Virus record (IMG/VR): IMGVR_UViG_3300009494_000005
Coordinates: 1 to 52,313 of that record
Strand: one strand, 5' to 3'
Origin: a virus
Lineage: Duplodnaviria > Caudoviricetes
Length of the DNA stretch: 52,313 nt
Shown in pieces: positions 35,788-46,167 of this stretch. The first letter of the stretch is position 1, and every line of letters begins with the position of its first letter. The translations under genes and the position numbers were made by a program. The notes below the pieces were generated by a model. The model was not told where the DNA came from, made no database searches, and saw only the letters and a list, made by a program, of their open reading frames with translations.

Positions 35788-36169
35788 ATGGTTCGACCTC
35801 ATCGCGGTCAAGGAGAAGCTGGTCGAGTTCCGGGCCTGTTCTCCGTATTGGCAGAGCCGGATCGACGGCAAGGAACCGACGCACGTTAGGCTCGTCAACG
35901 GCTACGGTGCCGGCAGACCTTGGATGCTTGTGGAGATCCGGGGCATCGAGCAGGTCTACCGCTCCCCGGGTGCGAGTGGCGCCGGCCCGACCGGGATGGT
36001 CTACGCGATCACGCTCGGGGCAATCGTCGACCACGGCAACATCGACCTCCACGCCCTCCGGTTGTGGGCGATCGCGCGCGCCTACACTGACGATTCGCTG
36101 GTGTCGTCGGCCCTCGCGCCCCTCGACGGCTCGGACTCCTTCACGTTCGAGAGGGTCGACCATGCCTGA
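35756..36169 (+). CDS. ASCH-domain protein
   Basis: LHLPI...WFDLI...EK..EFR...PYW..RI and NGY motif. Confidence 0.75.
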   Translation: MTTLHLPIIRRWFDLIAVKEKLVEFRACSPYWQSRIDGKEPTHVRLVNGYGAGRPWMLVEIRGIEQVYRSPGASGAGPTGMVYAITLGAIVDHGNIDLHALRLWAIARAYTDDSLVSSALAPLDGSDSFTFERVDHA

Positions 36170-36734
36170 CCCCGCCAAACCCGTGACCTACCTCAATCCC
36201 AAGGACGAATACGTGCGGTCGCCGGAGAAGGTGACGATCTCCGCTCTTGCCAACAAGTGGCATCACGAGGACCGCGATGGATACTCTGAGCCGTGGCTGA
36301 AAAAGCGTTGCTCCAAGGAGGGTTGGAGGAATCTGAGGCTCGCCCACTGGGAGCGCGCACGGTCAGTTACTATAGCTAAGGAACTCGACGACACCGCCGA
36401 GGCACACGCGACGGTGATCAAACGCTACACGACGCTACTCGACGGCATGATGGGAGGTGCCGTACGCTACCTCAAGCAGTTCGAGCCCCCCGAAGGGACC
36501 CCGCCGGAGGAACGAAGCACCTTCATGCCGCCGTTCAAGGGACCGGGCGAGGCGGCCGCCGTCCTCCAGAAGTGCATCGAGCTAGATCGCAAGGTTCGCG
36601 GCATGGACGTACAGAAGATCGCGGACGTGACCGGCGAGGACATCGCTACCGATTACTACTCCGAGGCGGGCGACGAGGAACTGGAGCGGATCATTGCCGA
36701 AGCCGACGCGGTCAGCGGCGAGAGCGCGGGCTGA
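36162..36734 (+). CDS. terS: Terminase small subunit
   Basis: N-terminal HTH (TISALANK...LKKR...EGW) and coiled coil, overlapping terL. Confidence 0.7.
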   Translation: MPDPAKPVTYLNPKDEYVRSPEKVTISALANKWHHEDRDGYSEPWLKKRCSKEGWRNLRLAHWERARSVTIAKELDDTAEAHATVIKRYTTLLDGMMGGAVRYLKQFEPPEGTPPEERSTFMPPFKGPGEAAAVLQKCIELDRKVRGMDVQKIADVTGEDIATDYYSEAGDEELERIIAEADAVSGESAG

Positions 36735-38250
36735 GCTCGCGCGCCGTGAGCGTGCCCGTCGTTCCTTCGTCCACTTCTGCGAGTATGTCTATGGCTGGCC
36801 GGCCTTTACTCCCGAGGGCCGGCCTGTTGTTCCTCTACACCACGAGTGGGCCGACCACACCGACGACTCATGGGCCCACCACCTCCGCGCCGGCGTCATG
36901 GCCCCCCGCGATCACGGCAAGACTCAGCAGATGCGCGCCCGGATCGTGTTCGAGCTCGGGCGGTCGACCATCCCACGCCTCGCGTGGAGGGCGAACCTCC
37001 GCATCAAGCTGTTCAAGAACACCCACGAGAACGCGGCCGAGATCGTCGGGCAGGTGGCCCGCGACATCGAGAGCAACGACGCCCTCCGGCGTCTGTTCCC
37101 GAACCTCCGGCCGGCCCGCAAGGGCAAGTGGACCGAGCACAAGATCTACATTCGCCGCACCGAGAACCTGCCCGACGCCTCGTTCGAGGGGCGCGGCATT
37201 CTGTCGTCCGCTACCGGCGGCCGCGCCGACATCATATTCCTCGACGACGTCTGCGACCTCAAGAACTCCGTCCTAGAGCCCGCCTCCCGGGAGAAGATCC
37301 TCGTTGCGCTCGACTCCGTAATCTTCCACCTCCGGGAGCCGTGGACCCGCTGGTTCGCCATCGGCACGTCATGGCACGAGCTCGACGCGAACGCGCAACT
37401 CCAGAAGCGCACCGAGGACTGGTCGTGGATGATCTACCGTATTCAGCGCGAGCCCGGCGGCCCGATGGAGGTGCTCTGGCCCGGGAAGTGGGACATCCCC
37501 GCTCTCGAGGAGTCCCTGCGGAACAACGAGCGCGAGTTTGAGCGAGGATTCAACAACCGGCCGTTCGGTGACAAGGAGTCGCTGGTCAACTGGGACGACG
37601 TCAAGGCGTGCTTCGATCCGAACCTCGCGATGGGCGAGGAGCCGTTCCGAACGCGGATCAGAGTCAGCGGCTACGACCTCGCGATCGGCAAGTCCGACCA
37701 TTCCAGCTTCTTCTTCGCTACGACCCTCGGGCGCGCCGGCGGGGGCAAGATCGTGATTCTGTCCATGTTCCGGGCGCGCATCCCGTTCCGTCAGCAGGTC
37801 GGAACCGTCGTCAACGACTACAAGCGGTGGCATCCGCTCTGGCACATGGTCGAGAACAACGTGTATCAGGAGGCCCTCGTCGAGCAGCTCCAGTTCGAGC
37901 ATCCCGAGATCCCCGTCGAGGCGCACACGACCGGCAAACAGAAGATGGACCCCTACGTGGGGCTTCCTGGGCTCGCGCCTCTGTTCCAACAGCGGCGAAT
38001 CGTGATCCCCACGAAGGGCGGGCACGACGGCTCAGACCTGACGTGTCAGTGCTCGCTCTGCGTGTTCCTCCGCGAGCTCCGGTGGTTCCCGGCCGGCACG
38101 ACCGACGGCGTCATGTCGTTCTGGATCGCGGTCAACAAGATCCGGCAACTGGAGGGCTCGGCCGGCGAAGTGGTCGACGTGCAATCCGAGTTCGCGGCGT
38201 GGGGGGAGGAGCTAGAGGAATCCGGGCTTGACGGTGACGCCGACATGTGA
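36694..38250 (+). CDS. terL: Terminase large subunit
   Basis: Walker A APRDHGKT, Walker B GGRADIIFLDD, GTSWH..D, nuclease GYDLA, VENN.YQ and DGV.S. Confidence 0.93.
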   Translation: MPKPTRSAARARAELARRERARRSFVHFCEYVYGWPAFTPEGRPVVPLHHEWADHTDDSWAHHLRAGVMAPRDHGKTQQMRARIVFELGRSTIPRLAWRANLRIKLFKNTHENAAEIVGQVARDIESNDALRRLFPNLRPARKGKWTEHKIYIRRTENLPDASFEGRGILSSATGGRADIIFLDDVCDLKNSVLEPASREKILVALDSVIFHLREPWTRWFAIGTSWHELDANAQLQKRTEDWSWMIYRIQREPGGPMEVLWPGKWDIPALEESLRNNEREFERGFNNRPFGDKESLVNWDDVKACFDPNLAMGEEPFRTRIRVSGYDLAIGKSDHSSFFFATTLGRAGGGKIVILSMFRARIPFRQQVGTVVNDYKRWHPLWHMVENNVYQEALVEQLQFEHPEIPVEAHTTGKQKMDPYVGLPGLAPLFQQRRIVIPTKGGHDGSDLTCQCSLCVFLRELRWFPAGTTDGVMSFWIAVNKIRQLEGSAGEVVDVQSEFAAWGEELEESGLDGDADM

Positions 38251-40871
38251 TACCACGACGGCGGTTGTCTCTGCCGTCGGGTTCCTCGTCGGCTCCCCAT
38301 CGAGACTGGAGGCCCGCCTTGCGGCTCCGAATCAAAGACAAAGTTATCGGGTATCACCCGCCGAGCCGGACGTTCTACTATGTCGACGCGCCGCTCGATC
38401 CCGTGCCTGTCGAACTGGCGCGTTCCTCGGGCCCCGACACGGGCGAGGTCGGCGCCATAATGACCAAGTGGGATGCCGAGTTCGAGCAGAACCCTGACGA
38501 CCTCGTTCGCAAGGTTGGACTCCGCACCTACGAGAAGATGATGACCTACCCGACGGTCAAGGCCGGCTCACGGCTGACCGCACTCGGGATCGTCGGGCCC
38601 GGTTGGCAGATGACGCCGGCCAAGTCCGACGACCCCGCCGCACAAGAGATGGCAGAGGCGGTCGATTGGAACTTCCGCGAGCTACCCGGCGCGTTCAAGA
38701 ACGTCGAGCTCGGAATCCTCACGGGGAGAGACTTCGGTTTCTCCCTGTCGACGTTGAAGTGGGGCATCATCGAGGAGGGGCCGTGGGCGGGGAAGTGGGG
38801 CATCATCAGCATCAAGACCAAGCCCCCGTTTTCCTACGGCTTCAAGCGTGACGAGTACGGCAACCTCGAAGCGATCACACACGAGAAGGTCGTCGGTGGT
38901 CAGGAGGAGTTTGCCAAGCTCAAGAAGTGGATCATCTACGCGCACGACGTCGGCTCCGTGTTCGGCTCACCATACGGCCGGTCACAACTCCGGCCGGCCT
39001 ACGACTACTGGAAAGCTCTGATCCTCGTGTTCAGGATGCGCGGCGTGTTCGTCGAGCGGACGGCCTCGGGCATTCCGGTGATCAAGTACAAGCGCGGAAT
39101 CCGCAACGCCGAACGGTCGCTATACGAGCGCATGGTCAAGAAGATCCAGACTGCGGCGGGGATGGCCGTGCCCGACGACGTCGACCTGTCGTGGGCCGAG
39201 AAGAAGGGGCAGAGCCACGACGAGTTCGACAAGTTCACCACCTACTGCGAGACCTCCATCCTCCGGTCGATGCTCGTCCCGTCGCAGGTCGGAATCGGGC
39301 CCGAGACTCAGGTGGGGTCGATGGCCAAGGCCCGCGTGCACCAGATGATCTACGAGTGGGTCATGAACGACGGCGACACGGATCTGACCGCGTGCGTCAA
39401 CGAGCAGGTCGTTCGCCGGTTCTGCGACAACAATTTCCCCAACGCCGCGACGATCGGCTATCCGACGTGGTCCCACCTCGAACGCTCATCCGACGACGCG
39501 ATCAAGCTCGTGGCCGCCTACGGCAAGCTCATCGACGGCAAGGGCCTCGGGCCGCTCCAGCTTGACGACGTGAACACCGAGCGGCGACGCCTCGGACACC
39601 GCGAGCTCACGCAGAAGGAATGGGACGAGCAGGAGGAGGCCGGCGTCGCTCAGCCGGCAGAGCTCCGGCCGGAGGAAGTCGACCCCAACGCTGACCCCGA
39701 CGCCGAGCCGATCAAGCCCGAGGAGGAAAGCAAGACGACCGTGACCGTTCCTGCCGGCGTCCCGGGCGACAAAGAGAAGATCGTCCAACTGGAGAACCCG
39801 GACCCGTTCGTGTTCGCGCGGTATCAGCCGTTTGTGCGTGAGACCATGTACCGCGCGACGACAGCCGGCCAGCATCCGAATCCGCAGTACCTACGAGAGC
39901 TCACCGCGCCCGAGCGGGAGCAGGGCGTCAACCCGAAGGCATATCAGGCACGCATCGACAAGATCGAGGAGGCCGGGGCAAGACAAGTTATCGGCGCATT
40001 CTCGTTGGTCCGCGAGAAGCTCGTCCCGCAGTTGGAGCGTCGCGGCCTCCTCGACGGGACAGCGAAGCAAGCGGAGCTCTGGAAGTTCGGCGGGCTCAAC
40101 GGCACCGCGAAGAAGAACCTCACGAACGCGGTGCACCGCACGCTCCTGACGGGCTACATCAACGGGGCCCTGTCCGCGAAGTCAGAGCTAGAGAAGGGGC
40201 TCGGCCGCTCGTTCGAGTTCGAGATTTTCGGCGGGGTCCCGGTGATGGAGTTCGCAGAGCTCCGGCCCGAGTTCCTGATTGAGCCGAACGAGGCCAAGGC
40301 GTTTTGGGCCGATCTGATCCCCCTGCCGGCCGACGTGGCGCAAGCCTACAAGGCCGAGTCGATATGGGTGACGGGGCTCTATCTCGACGACACCGGCGAG
40401 CTCCTCCGCTCCGTCAAGGAGGCGATACGGCGCGGGTTCGAGACCGGCAACTGGCACGCCGTGGAGGGGTCGATCAACAAGATGTTCGAGGAGTGGGTCG
40501 GCTCCGGCCGCATCGCTCAGACCGGCCAGCTGTTCACGCCGTGGCACACGGAGGTGATCGTTCGGAACGCGGTGATGCGGTCCTACAACGCCGGCCGGTA
40601 TGCGACCTTCCAGCAAGCGCGCCAGTGGATCGAAGCCTACCAGTGGGCGTCGGTGATCGACCAGCGCACGTCGGACTTCTGCGACGCGATGGATGGCGTG
40701 ATCTTCGCGCCCGGGCAGGTCGAGTGGCCCCCGGCGCACCACCAGTGCCGGTCGATTGTCGTTGCCATCCTCAAGGGCATGACGTATACCATGACCTCAC
40801 AGTCACAACTCACCCGGATCGCGGCTACTCGAGATCCGTCATTCACGAGCGGAGTCGTAGGGGCACTATGA
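38247..40871 (+). CDS. Portal protein (Mu gp29/DUF935-like) fused to Mu gpF-like head morphogenesis domain
   Basis: FGFS, PYG.S.LR..Y..W, F.ER...G.P and GS.A..RVH, then C-terminal RN....YNAGR, D.RT..FC..MDG, PP.H.QCRS. Confidence 0.88.
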   Translation: MIPRRRLSLPSGSSSAPHRDWRPALRLRIKDKVIGYHPPSRTFYYVDAPLDPVPVELARSSGPDTGEVGAIMTKWDAEFEQNPDDLVRKVGLRTYEKMMTYPTVKAGSRLTALGIVGPGWQMTPAKSDDPAAQEMAEAVDWNFRELPGAFKNVELGILTGRDFGFSLSTLKWGIIEEGPWAGKWGIISIKTKPPFSYGFKRDEYGNLEAITHEKVVGGQEEFAKLKKWIIYAHDVGSVFGSPYGRSQLRPAYDYWKALILVFRMRGVFVERTASGIPVIKYKRGIRNAERSLYERMVKKIQTAAGMAVPDDVDLSWAEKKGQSHDEFDKFTTYCETSILRSMLVPSQVGIGPETQVGSMAKARVHQMIYEWVMNDGDTDLTACVNEQVVRRFCDNNFPNAATIGYPTWSHLERSSDDAIKLVAAYGKLIDGKGLGPLQLDDVNTERRRLGHRELTQKEWDEQEEAGVAQPAELRPEEVDPNADPDAEPIKPEEESKTTVTVPAGVPGDKEKIVQLENPDPFVFARYQPFVRETMYRATTAGQHPNPQYLRELTAPEREQGVNPKAYQARIDKIEEAGARQVIGAFSLVREKLVPQLERRGLLDGTAKQAELWKFGGLNGTAKKNLTNAVHRTLLTGYINGALSAKSELEKGLGRSFEFEIFGGVPVMEFAELRPEFLIEPNEAKAFWADLIPLPADVAQAYKAESIWVTGLYLDDTGELLRSVKEAIRRGFETGNWHAVEGSINKMFEEWVGSGRIAQTGQLFTPWHTEVIVRNAVMRSYNAGRYATFQQARQWIEAYQWASVIDQRTSDFCDAMDGVIFAPGQVEWPPAHHQCRSIVVAILKGMTYTMTSQSQLTRIAATRDPSFTSGVVGAL

Positions 40872-41086
40872 GAATCGAGTTCTCAACCGAGGTCAGCCGG
40901 TATCACTGCCCGAAGTGCGGAATGCGCGTGTCGGGGGAGGCGGTAGAGTCCGCGCCCTTCAACGCGCTGTTTGTTTGTGACTGCGGGTGGCAGGGCGACT
41001 CGGACGATCTGCTCGTCAAGCAGTTCACTGTTCGCGGGCTCGACGCTCTCCGGGCAGTTACGCCGGCGAGCCCGAGGCCGCACTAG
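40868..41086 (+). CDS. Small zinc-ribbon protein
   Basis: ATGA overlap, CPKCG and CDCGW. Confidence 0.65.
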   Translation: MRIEFSTEVSRYHCPKCGMRVSGEAVESAPFNALFVCDCGWQGDSDDLLVKQFTVRGLDALRAVTPASPRPH

Positions 41087-41094
41087 GGGAAACC

Positions 41095-41682
41095 GTGCCG
41101 AAGCGAAGAAGGAAGGGCAAGCGCAAGAACCGGCGACAGATCGTGCACCCGCGAATGTGGATCATCCTCGCGGCACCGAAGCGGCCGCACGACAACGCGA
41201 TGTGGTGCGACGTCTGCGACCAGTGGAAACGCAAGACCTACCGCGTGGCCCCGACCCGCAACGAGCAAGGGTTGATCGCCACGCCGAGCTACCGGCTCTG
41301 CGTCAAGTGCCTCCGCGCGAACTTCGACGGCTCCGGGATCGACCTGATCCGCGCCACAAACGAGTGGAGCGCGCGAGAGGAGGCCCTGCTAGGACTCATC
41401 ACTGACGAGCAGGTGGAAGCGAAGATGCTCCAGTTGCTAGGGGCACTCCAGCGGTCCGGCCGTGTTGAGGAGCCCGGATTCCGCAAGGGACACGTACCGA
41501 TCCCCGTCCTTCGTCGCCGGTTCCAAGACAAGCTGATCGTCGCCGCGATGGAGGAGCTCCTGATCGAGAACATGAACCGACTCGGGGCCCCGACCGTGGA
41601 CCACACGACCGCGAGCGTGCCCGAGGCACGGCAGGAATCCGCGGCCCATTCTCAGTCCGGCCCGCCAACAGCGGCCGGGTAG
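41095..41682 (+). CDS. Hypothetical protein with CxxC pairs
   Basis: CDVC and CVKC. Its 3' end (GPPTAAG-stop) is also present at window positions 1-27. Confidence 0.65.
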   Translation: MPKRRRKGKRKNRRQIVHPRMWIILAAPKRPHDNAMWCDVCDQWKRKTYRVAPTRNEQGLIATPSYRLCVKCLRANFDGSGIDLIRATNEWSAREEALLGLITDEQVEAKMLQLLGALQRSGRVEEPGFRKGHVPIPVLRRRFQDKLIVAAMEELLIENMNRLGAPTVDHTTASVPEARQESAAHSQSGPPTAAG

Positions 41683-41738
41683 AGCGCGGATCGACGTCAA
41701 TCGCGACCACAGCGAAGGGCCCCGAGCCCGGAGGAGCC

Positions 41739-43358
41739 ATGCCCTACAAGTCACTGGCAGAAGCGAAGGAAGCCGGCGCGAAGACCGAGCTCGACGGGGC
41801 CCGGCTCAGCCTGACACAGATCAACGCGATAGCGGCCGTGGCCGACCGGTTGAAGTCGCAGGACAAGGTCGACTCCCCCTACGCGGTCGCTATCTCCGCG
41901 TTCAAGAAGTCGCACAAGGTCGAGGGCGGGAAGTGGGTCGAGCGGAACCCGGAGAAGGAACTCAGCGCGGAGGAGGAGTCGTTGACCTCGTTCATCTACG
42001 GCGAGGTCAAGAACTGCGAGTGCACGATGCTCCCGACGCGCGCCGGCGAGCCTCTTGAGTTCACCGACCCGCCCGGAACGCGCACCGTCAAGAACGTCGA
42101 GCTACTGGAGGAGGGAGTGCACGTCGACCGGCACCACCGGGTGCTAGTGGTCGACGAGCGGAAGATCAAGGCGATCCCGGAGGCGTATCGGGAGCTCGCC
42201 CGTGTCGGGTTCCGGCCACCGGTGCGCTTGACGCACGACCCGGCCCACCCGCTTGCGGCGGGCTTCCCGTCCCTCGGGTGGCCGATCAACCCGCGCGCGT
42301 GGTATGACGAGGAGGCCAAGAAGTGGAAGCTGTCGAGCGACTTCGCCGGCGTCCCGAATGTGTTTGCCGACATCATGGAGGCGGGCGGCTACGACCGCGT
42401 GAGCTCCGGGCTCCATGAGGACGTGAAAGTGGGTGACTTCACCGCGCCACTGGCGATTGACCACGTCGCCGTGCTAGGGGTCGTGCACCCGGCCATTGCA
42501 GGCTTGAAGGGGATCAGTGGTATCCACAAGCTCTATGAAAACGAGATGGCCGCGAGGGACGGAGTCAGTGTCAGTGCCGCCTATCTGTTCGAGGATGGCG
42601 GCCTCAAGCCCGAAGGAATGAAGGGAGGAGCGACAATGCCGGAGTTGACCCCGGAACAGCTCGCGTCCTACGGTGTTACGTCGGAGGCAGAGCTCAAGGA
42701 GAAGCTGGCGAAGGGCGCGACCGCCGAGACCGAGCGTGCCGCGCAGACGATCGAACTGGAGAAGGCGAGGACGACGATGCGCCTCGCGACGGCCGAGGGG
42801 TTCATCGGGAAGAACGCCGAGAAGATCCCGCCGGCCCTGCACGACGACTTCCGCGTGGTCCACATGGGCCTAGGGGAGCGCACCGGTCCCGTCGAGTTCG
42901 CAAGACCCGGAACCGACGGCACCATCGAGAACATCAGTAAGGACGGCCTCGCGGCTCTGACCCGGATCGTCGGGCACTTCGGCAAGGCGATCGAGCTCAC
43001 GGAGGAGCCCGCGCCGGAGGGCGGCACCGACACCACGCACGAGACCGAGGCCGAGAAGGCGACGCGGCTCAAGGCCGAGGCCGACAAGAAGGCGGCCGAC
43101 GTCAAGGCGGCCGAGGGCGACAAGCCGGAGGAGGGCAAGACCGACGAGGTCGTGGAGCTCCAGCGCGGCGGTGTCGCCACGAGAACCGCGATGGCGGTCG
43201 AGCAGAAGAAGCTCGCGACGTTCCTCATGGGGAACGACGACCAGCTGGACAAGGGCACGGCGATGTCGATAGCGGCCGTCGAGCTCGCGCGCGCCAACTG
43301 GGGCACGGACGCCTACGTGGCGCCGGAGGGTCTCGAGAAGCCGCCCGAGAAGAAGTAG
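41739..43358 (+). CDS. Prohead protease/scaffold, copy B (nested scaffold start at 42636)
   Basis: Ortholog of 85-1716. Confidence 0.75.
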   Translation: MPYKSLAEAKEAGAKTELDGARLSLTQINAIAAVADRLKSQDKVDSPYAVAISAFKKSHKVEGGKWVERNPEKELSAEEESLTSFIYGEVKNCECTMLPTRAGEPLEFTDPPGTRTVKNVELLEEGVHVDRHHRVLVVDERKIKAIPEAYRELARVGFRPPVRLTHDPAHPLAAGFPSLGWPINPRAWYDEEAKKWKLSSDFAGVPNVFADIMEAGGYDRVSSGLHEDVKVGDFTAPLAIDHVAVLGVVHPAIAGLKGISGIHKLYENEMAARDGVSVSAAYLFEDGGLKPEGMKGGATMPELTPEQLASYGVTSEAELKEKLAKGATAETERAAQTIELEKARTTMRLATAEGFIGKNAEKIPPALHDDFRVVHMGLGERTGPVEFARPGTDGTIENISKDGLAALTRIVGHFGKAIELTEEPAPEGGTDTTHETEAEKATRLKAEADKKAADVKAAEGDKPEEGKTDEVVELQRGGVATRTAMAVEQKKLATFLMGNDDQLDKGTAMSIAAVELARANWGTDAYVAPEGLEKPPEKK

Positions 43359-43420
43359 CGGCAACCTAGGGGGCCCGCCGGCCCCCGCACACTCTCTGCT
43401 TGAGAGGAGGTGTCAGGCAA

Positions 43421-43906
43421 ATGGCAGTCACCGCATACGACGAGGTTGTCCAGCACGGGCAGTTCCGACAGGATCTGCAGTACGCCGTGACGGAGGACGA
43501 CGCGGTCACGATCTTTCAGGGTGTCGCGTACGGAGCGACCCCCGGGTACATCACCATGACGACCGTGGCGACGGAGGGCAGACTGGCGGGCTTCGCTCAG
43601 CAGTCATGCACCGCCGCGTCGACGGACTATTCGGGTGACGGCGCGGCCGGCGTAGCAATGCCGATCGTCCGCATCCCGGTGATGTTCCACGGCTCGACAC
43701 GATTCATCTGCGGTGCGAACTCGAGCGTGACCTACGGCATGTGGCAGGTGCTACAGGGAACCGACGGCCGGCTGGTGGACGCCGGCGCGGTGTCGAATAC
43801 CCTGTACGTCACGCACGGAATCGCACAGGACGACCCCGACGCCGACGAGGAGTGGGGGCACATCGTTATCAACCTCAACGTCCCGTACTACTCGGCCGTC
43901 ACGTAG
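43421..43906 (+). CDS. Capsid cement protein, copy B
   Basis: Ortholog of 1783-2268. Confidence 0.6.
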   Translation: MAVTAYDEVVQHGQFRQDLQYAVTEDDAVTIFQGVAYGATPGYITMTTVATEGRLAGFAQQSCTAASTDYSGDGAAGVAMPIVRIPVMFHGSTRFICGANSSVTYGMWQVLQGTDGRLVDAGAVSNTLYVTHGIAQDDPDADEEWGHIVINLNVPYYSAVT

Positions 43907-43934
43907 GCCGAGCCAAGGATCACGAACGGCTAGA

Positions 43935-43992
43935 GAACTCTGGCTCCCCGAGTTCCTCGGGACGGTCCCTGCTTCGCAGGGCGTCAGGTTCC
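43935..43992 (+). ncRNA. Structured RNA element in the MCP leader, copy B
   Basis: Covaries with 2297-2354. Confidence 0.55.
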
Positions 43993-44029
43993 TGCCTCGA
44001 CTACGGAATTACATCACGGAGGGAGGACC

Positions 44030-44986
44030 ATGCCTGCGGGAATCGAAGTTCAAGCGCAGGACGAGGTTCTGAACAACATAGCCTCGTACTACCACCACGA
44101 GGGAACGGTGCACGGACAGATCGCGCCCATCGTGGGCGTCAAACGGATCACCGGCCGGTACTACGTGTTCGGACGCGAGGAGCTTCGCGTCATGAACGAC
44201 ACCCTCGGCCGGCGATCGCACGCGAACGAGCTTGAGTGGCACACGTCGACCTCGATGTACCGGACGGTCCCGCGTGGACTCAGGACGTTCATCGGTCAGG
44301 AGGACCGCGAGAACGCCGACCCCGTGCTCCAGCTGGAGGCCACGGGAACGGAGAAGATCATTCGCGCCCTCGACCTGACGGCAGAGGTCCGGTGCGTGGC
44401 GGCCATCACCGCCGCGATCACCGCGACTAGCGCGACTGCCGCCGGCACCGCGTGGCAGACCGGCGGGACGACAGGCAAGCCGTTGTCCGACATCACGGCT
44501 GCCAAGTTCAACTTCGCCCGTGCCTGTGGGCGCGAGGCGAACGTGATCGTCATTCCCGATCAGTGCAAGGCGGCCATGATCCTGTGCGACGAGTGGCGGG
44601 ACGTGTTCACCTACAACGAGGGCGCGCAGAAGCGCATCGGGAATTACTCGGGTCTGCCCCCGCTCATCGACGGCATGGTTCCGCTGGTGCCGTCGCAGTT
44701 GAAGCTCGCCGGTTCTCCGGGCAACGCCGACGGCCTTGGCCCGGGCGGTACGCCGACGCTGTCAGGCGTGTGGGGCGACAACGTCTACCTGCTCTGGGTG
44801 AACCCGCGCCCGGCGATCAACGACGCCTCGTTCATGTACCGCTTCACCACGACCCGTCAGAGGGTCAGGCGGTACGACGATCCGTCGGTAGGGATCGGCG
44901 GCGGGACGTGGATTCAGGTCGAGAAGCAGGACGTTCTCAAGACCGTCAACGTCTACATGGCACGCGAGATTTCCAACGTCATCTAG
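44030..44986 (+). CDS. Major capsid protein, copy B
   Basis: Ortholog of 2392-3348, same length. Confidence 0.85.
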   Translation: MPAGIEVQAQDEVLNNIASYYHHEGTVHGQIAPIVGVKRITGRYYVFGREELRVMNDTLGRRSHANELEWHTSTSMYRTVPRGLRTFIGQEDRENADPVLQLEATGTEKIIRALDLTAEVRCVAAITAAITATSATAAGTAWQTGGTTGKPLSDITAAKFNFARACGREANVIVIPDQCKAAMILCDEWRDVFTYNEGAQKRIGNYSGLPPLIDGMVPLVPSQLKLAGSPGNADGLGPGGTPTLSGVWGDNVYLLWVNPRPAINDASFMYRFTTTRQRVRRYDDPSVGIGGGTWIQVEKQDVLKTVNVYMAREISNVI

Positions 44987-45062
44987 GCGCGACGGATGCT
45001 GTGGGGCGCGTCCGACGGGAGGAAGGGCCCGGACGACGCGCCCTCGGCGACGAGGAGGAACG

Positions 45063-45425
45063 GTGAGCAAGGCATCGAAAAACTGGCGGACCAAGAAGGA
45101 CCGCAACCGGATATACGTGCACCCGCAGGAGGACTTGCTCCAGTGTGAGGAGGGCGTGTTCGCTCCGGGTCAGCGTGTGCCGGATCACATCGCGGACAGC
45201 GACATGGGCCGCGAGTGGCTACAGATGGGCCTCCTGATCGAGGAGGTGATGTATCGGATGTACCACGGGGCAGACTTCAACGCCCGCTATCCGCAGGACA
45301 AGGTCAAGCCCGGCGAGGGCGGGGTCGACATTCTCACAGTCACGCCCGTCACCGGCGACGAGATCACCGACCCGAGCGGGGCGGCACCGACGATCTCTGG
45401 AGGCGGGCCCGCCGACCTCGACTGA
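45063..45425 (+). CDS. Hypothetical head-associated protein, copy B
   Basis: Ortholog of 3429-3812. Confidence 0.7.
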   Translation: MSKASKNWRTKKDRNRIYVHPQEDLLQCEEGVFAPGQRVPDHIADSDMGREWLQMGLLIEEVMYRMYHGADFNARYPQDKVKPGEGGVDILTVTPVTGDEITDPSGAAPTISGGGPADLD

Positions 45426-45435
45426 GAGGCGAATC

Positions 45436-46158
45436 ATGCCGGCATACTGCACTGATGGCCAGCTACGGCGCGCATGGAAGGTCGTTCACGAGGACACGGA
45501 CTACGACGTGCTCGCGGAGCTCCGCAAGCGCGCCAAGGACGTGATAGACGGCTGGCTCGGGACGGTGTTCGACGTGCCGTTCTGCCCGTGGCTGTCCGTC
45601 ACGACCGTCGTTGACACCACGCTGACCCTCGACTTGCAGGACGTCGGCTACCTCGTCGTAGGTGACACGCTGATGTTCTACGATAACTCCGCGAAGAAGA
45701 TGGGGCAGGTGGTCGGCGCAGTCGTGTCGATCACTGACGCGGAGGTCGTGATCTCAGGGCTGACGGGGATCGCGGCCGGCGACGAGATCGCCGTTTACTC
45801 CGACGTGCCGGTCTCGAGCGGCCGCACCACGAGGGTCGTCGGACCGCCCCCGGAGGTCAACGCGAGGGCAATCGACATCAGCCGCTACTACGGCCACACC
45901 GACGTCAGTACGTTGGAGAACGCGACCGATCCGGTCGTCAAGGCGTTCGAGTCGGCCCTTGAGTGGGGCGGCATGATCCGGGAGGGCACGGCAGACCTGA
46001 CCGGAGCCTCGGCGCAGAGCATCGGCTACCTGACGACGATCAACACCGAGCCGGCGATGAACGTGTCAGACACAACGACGTGGGGCTTCGACCCCGCGCA
46101 CCCGGCACGAGCAGAGGGCGACGACGGGGACAATTCCGATCTCGGCCTCGGGGGGTAA
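45436..46158 (+). CDS. Head-tail adaptor (gp36-like), copy B
   Basis: Ortholog of 3823-4536. Confidence 0.65.
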   Translation: MPAYCTDGQLRRAWKVVHEDTDYDVLAELRKRAKDVIDGWLGTVFDVPFCPWLSVTTVVDTTLTLDLQDVGYLVVGDTLMFYDNSAKKMGQVVGAVVSITDAEVVISGLTGIAAGDEIAVYSDVPVSSGRTTRVVGPPPEVNARAIDISRYYGHTDVSTLENATDPVVKAFESALEWGGMIREGTADLTGASAQSIGYLTTINTEPAMNVSDTTTWGFDPAHPARAEGDDGDNSDLGLGG

Positions 46159-46167
46159 GGATGCGTC

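Larger units (their letters stand above)
1..41655 (+). mobile_element. One complete gene cycle of a tailed phage (Mu-like head genes, siphovirus-type tail)
   Basis: Head, neck, tail, lysis, early, modification and packaging genes are co-oriented, and the gene order returns to the protease gene at 41739. No sheath, integrase or transposase recognised. Confidence 0.9.
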
